From: Elusimicrobiaceae bacterium | GTDB lineage: Bacteria; Elusimicrobiota; Elusimicrobia; Elusimicrobiales; Elusimicrobiaceae | Reading direction: 5' to 3' | DNA length: 64,000 nt | NCBI GenBank assembly: GCA_017501565.1 | Contig: JAFVWP010000137.1 | Span: 1,381 to 65,380 of the forward strand | In this document: positions 1 to 10,344 of the stretch, in pieces | How the letters are laid out: each line of letters begins with the position of its first letter | Position numbering within the stretch: the first letter of the stretch is position 1 | The notes under the pieces: generated by a model | The model's database searches: none | Seen by the model: the letters and a program-made list of their open reading frames with translations, nothing else | What the model was told of the DNA's origin: nothing | Translations under genes and position numbers: made by a program

Positions 1-251
1 TGCTCATCAGAACCAAAAATCTGCATAGAAACAGGCTTTTCCCGCTCGCTGATAGAAAGCATACGCAAACTGCGCGGGTTTTCGTAATGCAAGGCGTGTG
101 CCGATACCATTTCCGCACAGACTACCCCCGCACCGCCACGCAAACAAAGCGCACGGAAAGGGCCGTCGGTAATACCCGCCATCGGGGCCAACCACACATT
201 ATTAGGAGCCGTAAAGGCACCTATTTGTAGCGGGCGGATTAAAGGGCTCAT
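1..251 (-). CDS. dusB: tRNA-dihydrouridine synthase (DusB-like), N-terminal part; runs off the left window edge
   Basis: Not in the ORF track. Manual translation from the ATG at 251 (ATGA overlap with the upstream stop) gives MSPLIRPLQIGAFTAPNNVWLAPMAGITDGPFRALC...VCAEMVSAHAL...PVSMQIFGSD, with the Dus motifs LAPMAG, EMV and QIFG. Confidence 0.9.
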   Translation of the reverse strand, partial: MSPLIRPLQIGAFTAPNNVWLAPMAGITDGPFRALCLRGGAGVVCAEMVSAHALHYENPRSLRMLSISEREKPVSMQIFGSDE

Positions 252-1738
252 TTGGCAGTTCTCCATCGGTTTATTTCCGGCTTAGGGGTGGTATTTTTAC
301 CGGATAAACACAAACGCAAAATCGTACGCATTTCCACTTGCGTATTTTTAAACTCCAACGAATCTATAAATCCGTCATGCCCCGCACCGCCGGCTAACAT
401 ATAGTCGGTTACCGCCACTTTATAGGTGGCTTTAGGGGACAAAGGCACGCCGTTTACGGAAACAGCCAAAATCTTTTTCCCCGTTGCGGCATTAGGGTTA
501 TAGCGTACTTTCAAACCGGATATTTGCGGAAAATGGTCCTTTTCGTCCAACCCCGCTTCCAAGGCAGAAAGCAGGATGTCGCCTTTCATCGTTAAATAAG
601 TTACATGGTCTGCATACGGATACAGGCGGTATAAATCATATTGGGTGATTTCCCCCGCGGGTAATGCTTCGCGCAAAGAATCGGAATTAAGAATGGCCAC
701 GTCAGTTTTGGCCCATTTACGCAAGCAATCCGCGGCAAAATTGCCCAAAGCAGATTCCGCATTTAAATCCCCTTGCAAAGCTTGGTCCATTTTTCCTACA
801 AAACGATTCATCTGCCCGCGGGTACTACGGCGCAAATTAGCGGTTAAATCCGCCACGTGGGCATCTTCGCCGAAATCGCGGCGGTACAAAACAACATCTT
901 CAAATTCCGCTTTGGAAAGCTCTTTATTTTTGTTAAAAAACAAACGCATTTGACCGACGCTGTCCAACTTAGAACCGGGATAAACAATCCACGTTTTCCC
1001 CACGCGTATGCTTTCGGCTTCTTGGCGGCCCAAATTGGCACTTACAATAATATCAATACCCGGCACTTCTTCGGCTAAGCGGCTATCTGTAATGGCTTCT
1101 TTGTCATCAGGGGTACCTAATGCACTGATAAGCACCACTACTTGGGCCCCTTTTTCGCGCAACAGCTGGACCGCTTTTTGGGCAGATTCTATTTCATCAT
1201 GGATTTTCAGACCGCCCAAACGTTGTTTGCCTTTCATGCCATGGCGGCTTACCAAGCCAAAAACACCTACTTTTATACCGGCGGTTTCTTCCAACAGCCA
1301 GGCACGCATTCCGGCGGGCAATTTTCCGTTGGAAAGCGTAACATTTGCCAACACAAACGGAGCGGGAGAATCTTTGACAATATGGCTCAAAGCCCCCCAG
1401 CCGTAGAGCAAGTCTTTTTCGGTAAACAAGCGCGCGGAATAAGGCAAAGAAGATGCCGTTTCATTAAAATATTCCCCTTTGGTCAGTGTTCCTTCCGGGG
1501 TTTGGGCGTACCAATTGCCCCCTTCCAATAAAATGAAAGGCAACGTTTGTTTGTCTAAAAAGGATTTCAAAACAGAAAGACCGCCTGTTACTTCATTGCC
1601 GTAGCGCGGCTCCGGACGGGGCCAAAAAACGCCTTCTATATCCGAAGTGAAAAACAAGTTCAGCGTCGGCTGTTGGGCAGGAGCACACCCCCACACCCAA
1701 CCTAACAGCAAAGCAAGTAAACAAGCGGTCTTTTTCAT
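248..1738 (-). CDS. 5'-nucleotidase-like lipoprotein with degenerate metal-binding motifs
   Basis: 496 aa, lipobox-like VWGC. Metallophosphoesterase plus 5'-NT C-terminal layout (GNFAADC, AILNSDSLR, FPQISG). The DxH, GD and GNHE motifs read DIE, GN and TEKD. Confidence 0.8.
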   Translation of the reverse strand: MKKTACLLALLLGWVWGCAPAQQPTLNLFFTSDIEGVFWPRPEPRYGNEVTGGLSVLKSFLDKQTLPFILLEGGNWYAQTPEGTLTKGEYFNETASSLPYSARLFTEKDLLYGWGALSHIVKDSPAPFVLANVTLSNGKLPAGMRAWLLEETAGIKVGVFGLVSRHGMKGKQRLGGLKIHDEIESAQKAVQLLREKGAQVVVLISALGTPDDKEAITDSRLAEEVPGIDIIVSANLGRQEAESIRVGKTWIVYPGSKLDSVGQMRLFFNKNKELSKAEFEDVVLYRRDFGEDAHVADLTANLRRSTRGQMNRFVGKMDQALQGDLNAESALGNFAADCLRKWAKTDVAILNSDSLREALPAGEITQYDLYRLYPYADHVTYLTMKGDILLSALEAGLDEKDHFPQISGLKVRYNPNAATGKKILAVSVNGVPLSPKATYKVAVTDYMLAGGAGHDGFIDSLEFKNTQVEMRTILRLCLSGKNTTPKPEINRWRTAK

Positions 1739-3203
1739 TACTTAAATTCTACGATGCGCCCGGTCGGCAAGGGTTTAACCGGGGAATATTGTTTGATGCC
1801 GTTTTCCAAAATAGTACGGACATTGCCTTTGCCTACGGCTTGTTTTTTTGCATCATCAATGCGCTTAAACGGCCAGCCTTCGCTACCGCCGAAAGCAATA
1901 TACTCATTGGTAGCCAAAGTATAGATTTTTTTATTTTCTACCGGCTTGCCGTCCACCAAAATTTGCAAATCTTTTACTTTGCCGTTTTTATTGCGGTAAG
2001 TAACACTCATACCGGAATAAGTAAACAAACTGCGCGGCAAAAGAGACTTTTGACTAAAAATTTCAAAAACTTTCCGTCCACTTCCATCTTAACGATGGTG
2101 TTTTCAAAGGGGTGCATATCCACCGTTTCGCGTTTGGTAACGGGGCCTTGCTCCATATCCACGCGGGTACCGCCGTTATTATGCACAAAAATCTGCGTAC
2201 CGGCATAGGCGCGGCCTAAGTCCGCAATCCAATTGTTAAGCGGGCCGTCTTTGTGTTCTTTAACGGAAGAATTGCGGCTGATTTTTTCGGCCGCTTCCCC
2301 AAAGACTTCGTCCATGCCCGGCTCTTTGATAGATTCGGCATAGGCCGCCATTTCTTCATCTTGGCCTACTTTTTCCACGTCCAAAGCAATCAGCTCAGAT
2401 TTAGCGGAAACAAATTTGCCTGTTTTATCATCGGTTTCAATGGTTACCTTGCTGACATTTTTCAAGTAACAGCCGCTTTCCACAAATAAAACTTTATTTA
2501 CATATTCGTTTTGGAAAATTTTATGCGCATGACCGCCCAACACGATATGCACCCGCCCGCTGTATTTGCGGCCGATGTCCCCCACGTAAGCCATCACGCC
2601 GTGTTTATCGTCTTGCAAAGAATCATGCACCAACACCACCACTACGTCTGCTTTTTGGGATTCCACTTCTTTTAAATTTCTTTCCAATGCCGCTAAAGGT
2701 TTGGTAATTTTATAAAGTTTGCCTTTATTGGTCGGGTGTTGGTTGGCAATACCGATCACCGCTATTTTAATATCGTCCACTTCATAGATTTGGTAGGGTT
2801 TTACATTAACAGGGTGTTTGCCGCTTTGTTTTTCAAATAAGTTAGCCGCCAAAAACGGAAATTCTGCTTTTTTAAGAATAGGTTCCACACCGGGGTCTTT
2901 GAAGTCAAATTCATGATTGCCGATGGTGGCGCCGTCATAACCCAGCTTATTCATCAAATCCACACTTTTTAAACCTTTGGAGCGTTTGGCTTCTGCCGTT
3001 CCGTTGGAAAAGTCACCCGAGTCCAACAACAAATAATCTTCGTCTTCTTCGTCCAATACTTCCGCCAAGGCCGCCACGCCGCCTTGTCCGCCTTTGGGAT
3101 AATAAAAACCATGTATATCGCTTGTATGATACAGGACCGCAGTTTTGGCAAACAAACCTACGGCTACAAAAGGCAACAACAGCAGTAAAAGAAATTTCTT
3201 CAT
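1738..3203 (-). pseudogene. Secreted 5'-nucleotidase/metallophosphatase, frameshifted near 2039-2042
   Basis: ORF 2007..3203 has intact motifs (HTSDIHG, DSGD, GNHEFD, GGHAH, NNGGTR). The C-terminal domain continues in another frame (1738..2040, PRSLFTYSGM...YTLATNEYIAFGGSEG). Adding one base in the T4 run joins them into about 488 aa. Confidence 0.8.
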
Positions 3204-3267
3204 ATTTTCTCCTGGGTTTTGGGGTTGTTTCGGTGCAAATTGCGTCTATTTTATCCTAACAAAAACC

Positions 3268-3294
3268 AAACACCCGCTTCAAGAGCGGGTGTTT
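3268..3294. terminator. Intrinsic terminator-like hairpin after nifS
   Basis: AAACACCCGCT-N5-AGCGGGTGTTT inverted repeat with A/T flanks. Confidence 0.7.
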
Positions 3295-3309
3295 TAAGAA
3301 AAACAGCAT

Positions 3310-4476
3310 TTACTTCATTCGGGAAAACGGCGATATTTTGCGTAAGTTTTCTATAATGCCCGGCATGACTTCCAATACTTTATCCACGTCCTCACCGGTG
3401 GTTTGTTCAGACAGCGAAAAGCGCACCGAACCATGGGCAAACTTAAAATCCACCCCCATCGCGCGCAAAACGTGAGAAGGCTCCAAAGAGCCAGACGTAC
3501 AGGCCGAGCCGGAAGAAGCACAAATGCCATACTCGTTTAGGTGCATTAAAATCGCTTCCCCTTCCACATACCCAAAGCTGATATTGGCAGTATTGGGTAC
3601 GCGGTTGTCCGGGTCTCCGTTTAATTTAGCATCGGCAATAGAAGACAACAGCCCCGCTTGCAGTCGGTCCCGCAACGCAGCTATACGGGCCAAAGACCCG
3701 TCTGACACTCTTTTTTGTGCCAATTCAGCCGCTACGCCCAAACCCACGATATAAGGGATATTTTCCGTACCGCCGCGGCGGCCTTTTTCCTGATGGCCCC
3801 CCATCATAAATTCTGTAAAGCGGGTACCGCGTTTGACGTACAAGGCCCCCACCCCTTTGGGTGCGTGGAATTTATGACCGGACAAAGAAAGCATATCTAT
3901 TTTTGTTTCCTGCACATTCACAGGCATTTTACCGATGACTTGCACCGCATCGGTATGAAATAAAGCGCCGTGTTCTTTGGCCAAAGCGGCAATTTCGGCA
4001 ATCGGAAAAATGGTGCCTGTTTCACTATTGGCCCACATCACAGATACCAAAGCGGTGTTGGCGTCCAAAGCGGCTTTGTATTGGTCCATATCAAAGCGGC
4101 CGTTTGCGTCCACGCCGATATAATCTACTTTATAGCCTTGGCTTTCCAAAAATTTATAAGGGTGTAGTACGGCGGGGTGCTCTACTTTGGAAGTAATGAT
4201 ATGTTTTTTCTGCGCATAGGCACGTACGGCAGAAAATATAGCCGTATTGTCGCTTTCGGTGGCACAAGAAGTGAAAATGATTTCGTCCGGATACGCCGCC
4301 CCGATTAAAGCAGCCACTTGCGCACGCGCACGCTCCATAGCGTGATGCGCCTCTGCCGCCATCGGATACATGCTGGAAGCATTGCCGTATTTTTGCGTAA
4401 AATAAGGCAACATAGCTTCCGTTACGGCGGGGGCTACTTGGGTGGTGGCATTGTTATCCAGATAAATCGTTTTCAC
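3310..4476 (-). CDS. nifS: Cysteine desulfurase NifS/IscS
   Basis: YLDNNATT, SGHKFH (PLP Lys) and SSGSACTS (catalytic Cys); adjacent to nifU. Confidence 0.95.
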   Translation of the reverse strand: MKTIYLDNNATTQVAPAVTEAMLPYFTQKYGNASSMYPMAAEAHHAMERARAQVAALIGAAYPDEIIFTSCATESDNTAIFSAVRAYAQKKHIITSKVEHPAVLHPYKFLESQGYKVDYIGVDANGRFDMDQYKAALDANTALVSVMWANSETGTIFPIAEIAALAKEHGALFHTDAVQVIGKMPVNVQETKIDMLSLSGHKFHAPKGVGALYVKRGTRFTEFMMGGHQEKGRRGGTENIPYIVGLGVAAELAQKRVSDGSLARIAALRDRLQAGLLSSIADAKLNGDPDNRVPNTANISFGYVEGEAILMHLNEYGICASSGSACTSGSLEPSHVLRAMGVDFKFAHGSVRFSLSEQTTGEDVDKVLEVMPGIIENLRKISPFSRMK

Positions 4477-4485
4477 ACAAACTCC

Positions 4486-5340
4486 TTAAGCTCTTTCTAC
4501 ACTGATGGAATCGTCTAACTTTTCTTTTAAAGTTTTTTCAATAAAACCCTTCAAGGTGGCATCAGCCGCCAAGCAACCGCTGCACATACCCAACAAACGC
4601 ACTTTTACCACAGCACCGCTTACGTCTATTAACTCTACGTTTCCGCCGTCCATATTCAGCTGGGGGCGGACGTCTTCTTCCAACACTTTTTCAATGCGTT
4701 TGATTTTTTCCACAATGGTCAAACTTTCAAAGGGTTTCTCTTCGGTGTCGGCTGGTTGGGGCACTGCACAGGAATTGACCTTATCTAAAATCTTTTGAAT
4801 TTCCCCTTTGCAACGTCCGCACGCACCGCCGGCTTTGGTAAAGTAGGTCACATCTTCCACAGATGTTAAATGATTGGTGCGAATGGCTTTAATAATCGCT
4901 TCTTCAGACACATTAAAACAATGACAGACAATGTTTTCCGACTCTTGCTCAAACACCACAGGTTTGCCGCCTTGGCGATAACTTTCAATAGCCGCTTCCA
5001 AAGCTTCCATACCCATAACGGAGCAGTGCATTTTTTCAGCCGGCAGAGAGCCTAGCTCATCGGCAATATCCTGGTTGGTAATTTTTGCCGCTTCACTCAG
5101 CGTTTTTCCTTTAATCATTTCCGTTAATACGGAAGAAGACGCAATCGCGCTGGCACAACCGAAAGTTTCAAATTTAGCATCTTCAATTACTTCGGTTTCT
5201 TTATTGATTTTCAACGTCAATTTCAAAGCATCGCCGCAAACCAAACTGCCCACTTGGCCGGTGGCATCGGCATTTTCAATAGCCCCCACATTGCGCGGGT
5301 GGCGGAAATGTTCCATTACTTTATCGGTATAATCCCACAT
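4486..5340 (-). CDS. nifU: Three-domain Fe-S scaffold NifU
   Basis: IscU-like domain (CGD, GCASA, KMHC), BFD-like CxC...CxxC (VCHCF, GACGRC) and Nfu domain GMCSGC. Confidence 0.95.
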   Translation of the reverse strand: MWDYTDKVMEHFRHPRNVGAIENADATGQVGSLVCGDALKLTLKINKETEVIEDAKFETFGCASAIASSSVLTEMIKGKTLSEAAKITNQDIADELGSLPAEKMHCSVMGMEALEAAIESYRQGGKPVVFEQESENIVCHCFNVSEEAIIKAIRTNHLTSVEDVTYFTKAGGACGRCKGEIQKILDKVNSCAVPQPADTEEKPFESLTIVEKIKRIEKVLEEDVRPQLNMDGGNVELIDVSGAVVKVRLLGMCSGCLAADATLKGFIEKTLKEKLDDSISVERA

Positions 5341-5451
5341 AAAAACTCCTTATCTGTCTCTGGATATATTATACAATTTATATACTGCACAAACAGCCCT
5401 AAAAGAGGGTTATTTGTTATAATGAGTTGTTCAGAAAACAAAGGAGTTTCT

Positions 5452-5943
5452 ATGAAAAAAGGTTTTACCCTGATTGAATTATTAGTCGTTGTGTTAATCA
5501 TTGGTATTTTATCTGCCGTTGCATTGCCCCAATACCAAAAAGCCGTAGCCAAAAGCCGTGCCACCGAAGCGCTTGCGATTTTAAAAGCGCTTACAGACGC
5601 ACAGGAAATTTATTATATGGCAAACGGCGCTTACGCAGAAGATTTGGAAGCGTTAGATATTCAAGTTCGTCCCGAAGGAAATTATTTTTCCTACGCTTGC
5701 AAAGAAGGGCGCACCTGTCAGGCTTCTCCCAAACAGGCCGGTTACCCTGTTTTTGAGTTTCACTTACAAAACATCGGCACCGGCCAAGACGTCCGCAGCG
5801 GTAAACATTGGTGTATGGTACAACGCCTGGTCAATAATGGCGCAAGTGAAAGCGAAATCCAAAAAGCCCGTGATTTATGCAAGTCCTTCGGACCGCTGGA
5901 CCCGGAAATGACAGAAGGCTATCATTATTTACTTTCCTATTAA
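5452..5943 (+). CDS. Type IV pilin-like protein (PilE family)
   Basis: MKKG|[24 protein letters not shown] prepilin cleavage/methylation motif; SD AAGGAG; TGnTATAAT upstream. ATG at 5452 chosen over the longer ORF-track start. Confidence 0.9.
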   Translation: MKKGFTLIELLVVVLIIGILSAVALPQYQKAVAKSRATEALAILKALTDAQEIYYMANGAYAEDLEALDIQVRPEGNYFSYACKEGRTCQASPKQAGYPVFEFHLQNIGTGQDVRSGKHWCMVQRLVNNGASESEIQKARDLCKSFGPLDPEMTEGYHYLLSY

Positions 5944-5991
5944 CAGCCGTTTATGCGGGAAGTTTTCTCTTTTTGCTAAAATAATTTTAAT

Positions 5992-6834
5992 ATGCCTTTT
6001 CATAAAATTGTTTTAGTATGCAACCCTTCTCAACCGCTGGCCGCGCAATTGGCCGGTGACTTGGCGCGTTTCTTGCACCCAAAAGGGGTGCAAAGCGAAA
6101 TTTTAAACGATTACCGCCTTTTGCCACAAATTCCGCAAGCCGATTTATGCATCAGCTTGGGCGGCGACGGCACGGCCTTGCGTTGCGCCCGTCAGACGGC
6201 CCCTTTGGGCTTGCCGCTACTAGCCATCAATTGTGGCAGTTTGGGTTTCTTGTCAGCCTGTGAAGCGCAAGAAGCGCAACACTATTTAGCACAAATTTTA
6301 GACGGCAATTACAGCACCACCCACCGCGCACTTTTGCAAGGCACTATCCGGCGGCAAAATGCCGACAAAATAGAAAATTTATTGGCTTTTAACGATTGTG
6401 TCATTAAAACCACTTCTCCGTTGGCTTTTACTTTGCGGGCCGATTGGAACGGCAAAGAACTGAAACATTTTTACGGAGACGGCGTCATCATATCCACCCC
6501 GGCGGGCTCTACCGCGTATTCTTTAGCGGCCGGCGGGCCGATTCTCGCGCCGGATTTAGATGCGTGGGTCATTACTCCCATTTGCCCGCACAGCCTGACC
6601 GAAAGACCTTTGGTTTTACGCGCAGACGGCGTGTTGAATTTTGAACCGGTATTTAAAAATCACCAAGATAATGCCGTTGTCAGTTTTGACGGACAACACA
6701 GCTACTCTTTGCAACCCGGCGATAAAGTTTGCCTGCAACGTTGCCCGCACCAAGCCCGGCTTATCAGCGCGGGAACTTATGATTTTTTTGGCAGACTCCG
6801 TCAAAAATTAGAATGGGGGAACCGCAATGCTTAA
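5992..6834 (+). CDS. nadK: NAD(+) kinase
   Basis: GGDGT, GSLGF, FND, GDG...STPAGSTAYSLAAGG and PICPH motifs. Confidence 0.95.
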   Translation: MPFHKIVLVCNPSQPLAAQLAGDLARFLHPKGVQSEILNDYRLLPQIPQADLCISLGGDGTALRCARQTAPLGLPLLAINCGSLGFLSACEAQEAQHYLAQILDGNYSTTHRALLQGTIRRQNADKIENLLAFNDCVIKTTSPLAFTLRADWNGKELKHFYGDGVIISTPAGSTAYSLAAGGPILAPDLDAWVITPICPHSLTERPLVLRADGVLNFEPVFKNHQDNAVVSFDGQHSYSLQPGDKVCLQRCPHQARLISAGTYDFFGRLRQKLEWGNRNA

Positions 6835-8482
6835 ATCTCTTTGTGTGAAAAACTTTGCCGTCATCTCATCGGTAGAATTTTCCCCGAAACCCGGGTTAAA
6901 CGTCTTCACCGGAGAAACGGGAGCCGGCAAATCCGTTGCCATTTCCGCGCTAAGCTTTGCCTTAGGCAGCAGAGGTTCTGTTTCTTTAATCAAAGACGGA
7001 GCGGATAAATTAGAAGTGCAAGCCGTTTTTGACACGTCTTCTTTGCCCCGGGAAATCTGCCAAAAATACAATTTACAAGGCACGTTTTGTTTAACCCGCA
7101 CCTTGGACCGCAAAGGAAAAGGAAAAGCTTTTATTAACAAAATGCCGGTACCGGTAACAGCTTTGGCGGAAATAGGTAAAGAGTTGGTAGATTTCCACGG
7201 ACAGCACGAGCACCAAAGTTTACTGCACGCCGACGTGCAACTTAATTTATTGGACCATTATGCCCGATTGCAAACCTTGAAAAGCCAAGTTTTTTCCGCT
7301 TGGAAAAAATGGCAAGAAGCCTCAGCCCAACTGCAAGCGGCCCAAATGAGCGAACAGGAAAAACAACGGCAATTGGATCTCTGTGCTTTTCAGTTAAAAG
7401 AAATTGAGTCCGTCCACCCCAAACCGGGAGAAGATTTAGAGCTAGACCAAAAACTCCCCCAAATCAAACACGCGGGGAAATTATTGGAATTAGCCGCCCA
7501 AGCCTATCAATTTTTATACGAAGATGAAAACTCTGCCACCGCCCTTTTGGGCCGCGCATCGCGCCAAGTGGCAGATATGGCACAAATGGACGAAAGTTTG
7601 GAGCGTGTAGCCGATGCGTTGGCCCAAGCCGAAAGTTTGATATCCGATGCTTGCGCCGAAATCAGCGATTACCGCGACGGCCTGGATGCAGACCCGCAAA
7701 CCATAGATGAAATATTAACGCGGCACGAAAAATTAAAACGCTTAAAGCTTAAATACGGCCCCGAACTAGAAGACGTGCTGAAAACAGCGGCAGAAATGAA
7801 AGCGCAAATAGAAAGATTGCAAAACGCTCATTTATTGGAAGAAGAATTACAAAAAACCGCACAAAAATACCGCCAACAGCTAGACAGCTTGTGTGACGAA
7901 ATACACGAAAAACGCTGTGGGGCGGCGCAAAAACTTTCTGCCCTTTTGCAAAAAGAAATATCCCCCTTGGGCTTTGACGGACTTTGCTTTGAAATTGCCG
8001 TAGAAATGGACCCGCAAACCCCCGGGCCGACAGGTGCGGATCAGGTAGAATTTTTATTCTCGCCCAACCCGGGCCAAACACCCAGACCGCTGCGCCAAAC
8101 AGCTTCCGGCGGGGAGCTATCCCGCGTGATGCTCGGCTTAAAAACCATTTTGGCGGGTGAAATAGGCACTATGATTTTTGATGAAGTAGATACCGGCATC
8201 GGCGGAAGAACGGCCACATTGGTCGGACAAAAATTACGCCAAGTGGCGCAAGGGCGGCAAGTTTTATGCGTTACGCATTTGGCATCGGTCGCGGCGGGAG
8301 CCGATGCGCATTTTTTCATAGAAAAAACGACGGACGGCAAAACAACGCAAGTAGGGCTAAAAGAATTAAGCCCGAAAGAGATACCGCAAGAAATAGCCCG
8401 TATGCTGGGTGCTTTGTCCGATACGGACGCAGTGGCACTCTCTCATGCGCAACAGATGATAGATGCCGCGCACGGAAAATAA
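6827..8482 (+). CDS. recN: DNA repair protein RecN
   Basis: GETGAGKS Walker A, DFHGQHEHQ, SGGELSR signature and FDEVDTG. Confidence 0.95.
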   Translation: MLKSLCVKNFAVISSVEFSPKPGLNVFTGETGAGKSVAISALSFALGSRGSVSLIKDGADKLEVQAVFDTSSLPREICQKYNLQGTFCLTRTLDRKGKGKAFINKMPVPVTALAEIGKELVDFHGQHEHQSLLHADVQLNLLDHYARLQTLKSQVFSAWKKWQEASAQLQAAQMSEQEKQRQLDLCAFQLKEIESVHPKPGEDLELDQKLPQIKHAGKLLELAAQAYQFLYEDENSATALLGRASRQVADMAQMDESLERVADALAQAESLISDACAEISDYRDGLDADPQTIDEILTRHEKLKRLKLKYGPELEDVLKTAAEMKAQIERLQNAHLLEEELQKTAQKYRQQLDSLCDEIHEKRCGAAQKLSALLQKEISPLGFDGLCFEIAVEMDPQTPGPTGADQVEFLFSPNPGQTPRPLRQTASGGELSRVMLGLKTILAGEIGTMIFDEVDTGIGGRTATLVGQKLRQVAQGRQVLCVTHLASVAAGADAHFFIEKTTDGKTTQVGLKELSPKEIPQEIARMLGALSDTDAVALSHAQQMIDAAHGK

Positions 8483-8586
8483 TAATTTATTGACCCTTTC
8501 TTTTGGGTTTTCTTTTGATACAATATAAAGTGAAAGCGGCAGTGGGGGTGTTTCCCTGCCGGATTTTAAATAAAGGAGAAATAACC

Positions 8587-8916
8587 ATGGCTTGTAAAAA
8601 TAAATGGTGGCCGCACAATTGGTTCTGCCTCAAATGCCTGTATTGGGTATTTGTTGTATTGTTCTATCTTACCTTCGCTTATGCAATTTATATTGCTTAT
8701 GCGATGACCGCTACCCCGATGTTGACGGGCCGCGTCTATGTGGAAACGTTGTTTAGTTTCTTGCTCAGCGCCGGTAGCTTGATGTTGGGTTTTATTACCA
8801 TTGCCAAATTGATTCAAGCGGTGGCTAAAATCAAAAAAGCGGTAGCGCCCTGCTGCTGTGAAATGAAAGAAGAAGCCGTCGTAGTCGTATCCACTCAAGA
8901 AGAACAAAACAAATAA
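8587..8916 (+). CDS. Small hypothetical membrane protein (2 TM)
   Basis: SD AAGGAG before the ATG at 8587; two hydrophobic segments; followed by a terminator. Confidence 0.7.
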   Translation: MACKNKWWPHNWFCLKCLYWVFVVLFYLTFAYAIYIAYAMTATPMLTGRVYVETLFSFLLSAGSLMLGFITIAKLIQAVAKIKKAVAPCCCEMKEEAVVVVSTQEEQNK

Positions 8917-8922
8917 TCTGTT

Positions 8923-8955
8923 AAAAGGCGGCATACACCATGCCGCCTTTTTTTG
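8923..8955 (+). terminator. Intrinsic terminator
   Basis: AAAAGGCGGCAT-ACACC-ATGCCGCCTTTT followed by a T run. Confidence 0.8.
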
Positions 8956-8973
8956 ACTTTGACGGAGTATTGC

Positions 8974-10344
8974 ATGAAAAAAAGCGCAGCCCTTTTTTTA
9001 TCCCTTTTCCTTTTTACGTTTTCTTTTGCCGAAACGATTAAACTCAAAGATGGTACCTTTATCAACGGATCTATCGTATCCCAAACGGAATATACTTTAA
9101 ATTTAAATACTTCCTATGGTCCGGTGGTGCTCAACCAACGCGAAGTGGAAGCCATCATGCCGGACAAGCACCGCATCTTCTTAAAAGGCGGCACGCAAAT
9201 TGTCGGGGTAATTATAGACTTAGACGAATTTAACATGAAGTTACAAACCGATAACGGCGTCGTCAATATTGATATGCCCCAAATCGTATCGGTGGAAGTC
9301 TATGACTATGAACAAGGCGATACGGCCCAACAAACCATTGCCCAAAAGCAAGCCCAACACCAAGCCGCCCAACAGGCCATGGCCGAAAGACAAGCGGCTT
9401 TGGCTACCGGTTCTGCTCAAGGGGCAGGAGCCGAGACGGAAAAAGTACCTGCCGCCGGGGGACTTACGTTTGATTCCGACATTGAAAAAGTTTTTGATGT
9501 GAAAAAAGCCGAAGTAGTCAACGGACAAGTACAAACTATTCAAGAAGTATCCGCCGCCGAAATACGCGCCCAACGCGCCAATGCTTTAACCGATGAAGAA
9601 GCTTTTTTAAAGGGCACACAAAAAGAAGCAAAAATTGAGCAAACCGCCGAAGCGGCCCGAAGCGGAAAATTGGAAAAAATGAAAAAGGCCGAAGCCAAAA
9701 AAGCCAAACGCCCCAAAGATGCCAACAGCAACAAATATTTTGCCATCACCATCGGCGCCCAAACCGGCGAACTGGAATTGGATAACTCTTCTAAAGAAGG
9801 CTTTGCCGGTACCGATACCTACGAAGTGGGCGGAACAGGGGTGCGTGCGGAAGCAACGTTTTTATGGCGTTTGAAAAGCAGTAATTTATGGATGGGTCCT
9901 TCTTTGGCGATTGCCAACATTCCCAATGCTTCTTTTAAAGATTTAGACCCGGCTATTGAAGCGGCCAATGACCAAGCACAAAGTACAGGAGACCCTTTAC
10001 CCTATCCCCCCGGCGATGACTTGGACGTCAGCACCAGCGGGCAAATGATAGATCTCATGGCAAAGGCCAATTACTATTTTAACCCCGACGATTTATTTTC
10101 TTTTTATCTCACCGGGGCAGCGGGATACAGAATGCTTTCTCTGAATTACCGCGGAGTTATTGAATCTACTTCCGTGGACTCAAACGGATTTGTAGGTGCG
10201 GTGGGGGTCGGGGTAGAAACCTATGTAGATGATATGATGTTAGGCTTGGAAGTACAAGAATTTTTCAGCCCGTATTCTTCCGAATTTAAAGATTCTTCTG
10301 CCGCCAATTTAGTAGTTTCAGCCAAAATCAATTGGAAATTTTAA
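8974..10344 (+). CDS. Outer-membrane beta-barrel protein with a duplicated N-terminal small beta domain
   Basis: Signal peptide; two similar units (IKLKDGTFINGSI / IFLKGGTQIVGVI); Q/A-rich linker; amphipathic strands ending in INWKF. Confidence 0.65.
   Translation: MKKSAALFLSLFLFTFSFAETIKLKDGTFINGSIVSQTEYTLNLNTSYGPVVLNQREVEAIMPDKHRIFLKGGTQIVGVIIDLDEFNMKLQTDNGVVNIDMPQIVSVEVYDYEQGDTAQQTIAQKQAQHQAAQQAMAERQAALATGSAQGAGAETEKVPAAGGLTFDSDIEKVFDVKKAEVVNGQVQTIQEVSAAEIRAQRANALTDEEAFLKGTQKEAKIEQTAEAARSGKLEKMKKAEAKKAKRPKDANSNKYFAITIGAQTGELELDNSSKEGFAGTDTYEVGGTGVRAEATFLWRLKSSNLWMGPSLAIANIPNASFKDLDPAIEAANDQAQSTGDPLPYPPGDDLDVSTSGQMIDLMAKANYYFNPDDLFSFYLTGAAGYRMLSLNYRGVIESTSVDSNGFVGAVGVGVETYVDDMMLGLEVQEFFSPYSSEFKDSSAANLVVSAKINWKF

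Noticed and set aside
7-195. 62-aa ORF-track protein
   Set aside because: Wrong frame; the overlapping frame from 251 encodes clear Dus motifs.
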